From NCBI GenBank assembly GCA_001643675.2, contig LSRY02000045.1, positions 434,001-498,000 of the forward strand: a stretch of DNA of 64,000 nt. Reading direction: 5' to 3'. Position 1 is the stretch's first letter. Each line of letters starts with the position of its first letter. This document shows, piece by piece, positions 61,417-64,000 of this stretch. A program made the translations under genes and the position numbers. The notes beneath the pieces were generated by a model. That model was given only the letters and a program-made list of their open reading frames with translations, did not search any database and was not told the origin of the DNA. Source of the stretch: Monocercomonoides exilis PA203 (lineage: Eukaryota > Protista > Preaxostyla).

Positions 61417-63357
61417 TTGGGAGTGAATGAGAGGATGGGGCAGACGAGGAGTGAGAGAGAAGGTGGAGGAGGAAGAGGAGGATGGGGAAGAGGAAGCGGA
61501 AGAGGTGAAGGAGGAAAGAGAGGAGGACAAGGAGGAGGTGGAGGAAGAAGAGGTGGAGAAGGAAGAGGAAAAGGAAAAGAAGAAGGAAGTGAAGGAGGAG
61601 GAAGTGTATTGGTGAGTGAGTCGGATTTCTCATCTTTTTGTGTGTCTTCAGCCCCGTTTCTGGCGCCTCCCCTGACACACCTTGTGACACTCACTCAGCT
61701 GACCTTCTTCAACATCTCCACAAATTTACCGAAAACAACACAACTGGCTGAAGAGTTGGGTCAAACATCATTTCTGATGAGTGGGTGCGCATTTTCATCG
61801 GTGTGGGATGTTTATGATGGGGGCATTGTCCCCTCACTGAACAGCCCCTCATCATCCTTGTCTGCCTCAAATACCTCATTTGTCAGGTGCTATCGATCAC
61901 AGAATGTTGAAGTCAATGGGAGTGAGGGGAATCCATTGAAACCTGCGAGACAGCAGATTACAGAAAATGAGGCGAATTCATTCACCTGGTGTGTGTGGAA
62001 TGGGTCAAATACAACTGGAACAACTAATTCTTATACAGATAGGGCTTCGAATGGAGGGGCGATTAACATGTATGGTTTGTCATCAGGAACACTTTCAGTG
62101 AAATTTTGTTCTTTTAATGATTGCTATGCCCATTGGAATGGAGGAGGAATTATGTGTCATACAATTAATTCAATCAAGATTGAGAACAATTCGTTCAATG
62201 CATGTACAGCAAAAAATAATGTAGGAGGGGGGATGTATGCTTATTCGATTTCAACATGTGTCAGGATCAGTGGGTGCGAATTCCAGAAATGCAAAGCGAG
62301 TGGCTCAGGAGGAGGCCTTTATCTTGCATCTTTTCAGGTTTCTGGATCTTCATGTATTGGAACAGAAAATGGCAAAGGGGAAAGTGCTTGTGTGTTTGAG
62401 TGTTTCTTCACTTCGTGCTCGCTTACAGGTTCAAGTGGCGGAGGGTTGTGTTGTGTTACTGTTCCGGCTGCATTCAAAATGAGAAGCCTCCAATTTATTT
62501 CGTGCAACGCAACATCAACTGGCGGAGGATTGTATTTTAATCCAAACCAACAAACACCTCCAAGCAACAACATTTATTGCTATTTCTTCTTCTTCCACGA
62601 TTGCAGTTGCAACGCTTCCACTCCGTATGGCCACGATGTGTATTTTCAAGACAATTACAATCTCTTTTCGTCATACAACCCGTTCTACGAATCGTACACA
62701 ACGAATAACAATGATAAGAGAGTGTGCTATTATTATAATGGTTATCAGCATACAGAAAAGAAGGAATGGTTGAAGGAAGGGATGAAGGATCGGTATGTTG
62801 GGGTGAGTGGGAATGACGCAAACAATCTGTGTGGGATGAGTGAGGCAGCGCCTTGCAAGACCGTGGGGCATGCAGTGGAGTCGAGCATGGCGCAGCTGAG
62901 CTCGACAATCACGTTGCTGGGTGGGAAGCATGTGAGCGAAGGGGAGACGATCAGTGTTGGGGAAAAGAAGATTTCAGTTGTTGGGAGAGGGAAGACAGTG
63001 AGTGTGATTGGGACGAATTCTCTTTCGACCTCTTCGACAACACTGTTTAGCATATCTTCTGGCCAACTGGAGGTGGGGCATGTGGGGATCGATCACAACT
63101 CGATGAGAAGTCCATCGCCGAGTGTGTTTGTGGTGTCTGTGGGGAGTGGGGCTCTTTCGCTGGAGGATGTTTTGATCGACTCTTCGACGCCAGGAGGGAG
63201 TGGAATGACGAAGTGTGTGTTTGAAGTGGCGCTGAGGCAGCTGAAGACGATTGATGTGGAGATTGAAAACATGAAAGTGAGCCAACTTCTGATTATCGAT
63301 CCATATTTTATTGGATTTGCATTGGGAGAAAATTATTTATTGTTTATTTTATTTTGA
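61417..63357 (+). CDS. Beta-helix family copy 10 (646 codons; first ATG at 61435)
   Basis: Gly linker plus family core; ends ALGENYLLFILF; trailer 63358-64000 is homologous to 25885-26525. Confidence 0.7.
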   Translation: MGVNERMGQTRSEREGGGGRGGWGRGSGRGEGGKRGGQGGGGGRRGGEGRGKGKEEGSEGGGSVLVSESDFSSFCVSSAPFLAPPLTHLVTLTQLTFFNISTNLPKTTQLAEELGQTSFLMSGCAFSSVWDVYDGGIVPSLNSPSSSLSASNTSFVRCYRSQNVEVNGSEGNPLKPARQQITENEANSFTWCVWNGSNTTGTTNSYTDRASNGGAINMYGLSSGTLSVKFCSFNDCYAHWNGGGIMCHTINSIKIENNSFNACTAKNNVGGGMYAYSISTCVRISGCEFQKCKASGSGGGLYLASFQVSGSSCIGTENGKGESACVFECFFTSCSLTGSSGGGLCCVTVPAAFKMRSLQFISCNATSTGGGLYFNPNQQTPPSNNIYCYFFFFHDCSCNASTPYGHDVYFQDNYNLFSSYNPFYESYTTNNNDKRVCYYYNGYQHTEKKEWLKEGMKDRYVGVSGNDANNLCGMSEAAPCKTVGHAVESSMAQLSSTITLLGGKHVSEGETISVGEKKISVVGRGKTVSVIGTNSLSTSSTTLFSISSGQLEVGHVGIDHNSMRSPSPSVFVVSVGSGALSLEDVLIDSSTPGGSGMTKCVFEVALRQLKTIDVEIENMKVSQLLIIDPYFIGFALGENYLLFILF

Positions 63358-64000
63358 GTTCATGGCACACTGACTGAAGAGAGAGTGAAAATAATTGAAA
63401 TTCTGAGATTAACTTTTTTATTATCTTTTTTGTTGAAATGACAAGCAATAAAGAGTTATTTTTTGTTGAGAGTGCATTTTCTTTACGGAAACGATTATTT
63501 TTTTTATGAATATGATATGTTGATATAAATTTTGTGGATGCATATAAAAACGGAATAAATGAAAAACCCACCAAAATCAATGACAAAATTGTTAATTATG
63601 AATGAATACAAATCTCATTTTTTTTTTTTTACAATATACCAAAAATGATTCTTTTATTGAGCGTTATGTTCCAAAAATTGTTCGACGTCAAGAACATTGC
63701 AACAAAAATCGAAAAAGTTATTATTATTAAGAAAACAGAATTTATCAACAGTTATGATATATCAGACACTTCAGATTGTGAAAAGTGTAAGATTGTTAAA
63801 GATTTATAAATGATCTGCTTTTGTTTTCTGATGATTGTGAATCATGAACACCACAGATAATCTTGTTTCAATGAGTGTTTTATTGTGAAGTGATTGAATA
63901 TATTCAAACTCTGAAAAACATATTATTTTCATTCATTTTTTGAAAAGAATAAATTTGAGATAAGTGAAGAAATTGTGTCAAATTGTTTATAGTGAACTGT

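Noticed and set aside
8825-63357. Diversity-generating retroelement as the source of loop variation (many variable codons are NNT, reachable from AAT)
   Set aside because: No reverse transcriptase or template repeat in the window; variants include TGG, CGA, indels and changes at non-adenine positions; shared blocks point to conversion instead.
1-64000. The many short ORFs (60-300 aa) overlapping the main genes or in AT-rich DNA
   Set aside because: Antisense or alternative-frame shadows of low-complexity and repeated sequence; their recurrence reflects DNA duplication, not conservation.
1-64000. CRISPR array, rRNA/tRNA genes, telomeric repeats or an autonomous transposase
   Set aside because: No repeat-spacer periodicity, RNA gene signature, telomere tract or catalytic transposase/RT motif was recognised.

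Overview
AT-rich eukaryotic (protist) DNA with short GT-AG introns, the standard genetic code and poly-E/poly-S proteins. The style resembles oxymonads such as Monocercomonoides, but that is inference only. The first ~5.3 kb holds two ordinary genes: a low-complexity hypothetical protein and a five-exon ATG27/cation-dependent mannose-6-phosphate-receptor-like gene that the ORF track misses. From ~8.6 kb to the end the window is a chain of four overlapping kilobase-scale palindromes, with apices near 17.2, 27.1, 39.0 and 51.9 kb and 50-110 bp loops. The array carries ten copies (seven clearly distinct variants) of a Cys/Gly-rich parallel beta-helix (pectin-lyase/Pmp-like) gene, all apparently truncated. 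The apices at 17.2 and 39.0 kb are copies of a ~1 kb foldback element with GGGTCAAC termini. A third, diverged copy of it (47234-48241) sits in only one arm of the 51.9 kb palindrome, with the empty site in the other arm. A 268-bp MITE is present symmetrically in both arms of the 39 kb apex. The gene copies are patchwork mosaics of each other, with variation concentrated in short Y/N/S/C-rich loops. Candidate system: foldback-MITE-seeded palindromic amplification plus segmental gene conversion of a surface-protein cassette archive. No transposase, recombinase, reverse transcriptase, rRNA, tRNA or CRISPR array was recognised. An assembly fold-back artefact must be excluded with spanning reads, although several arm asymmetries argue against it.
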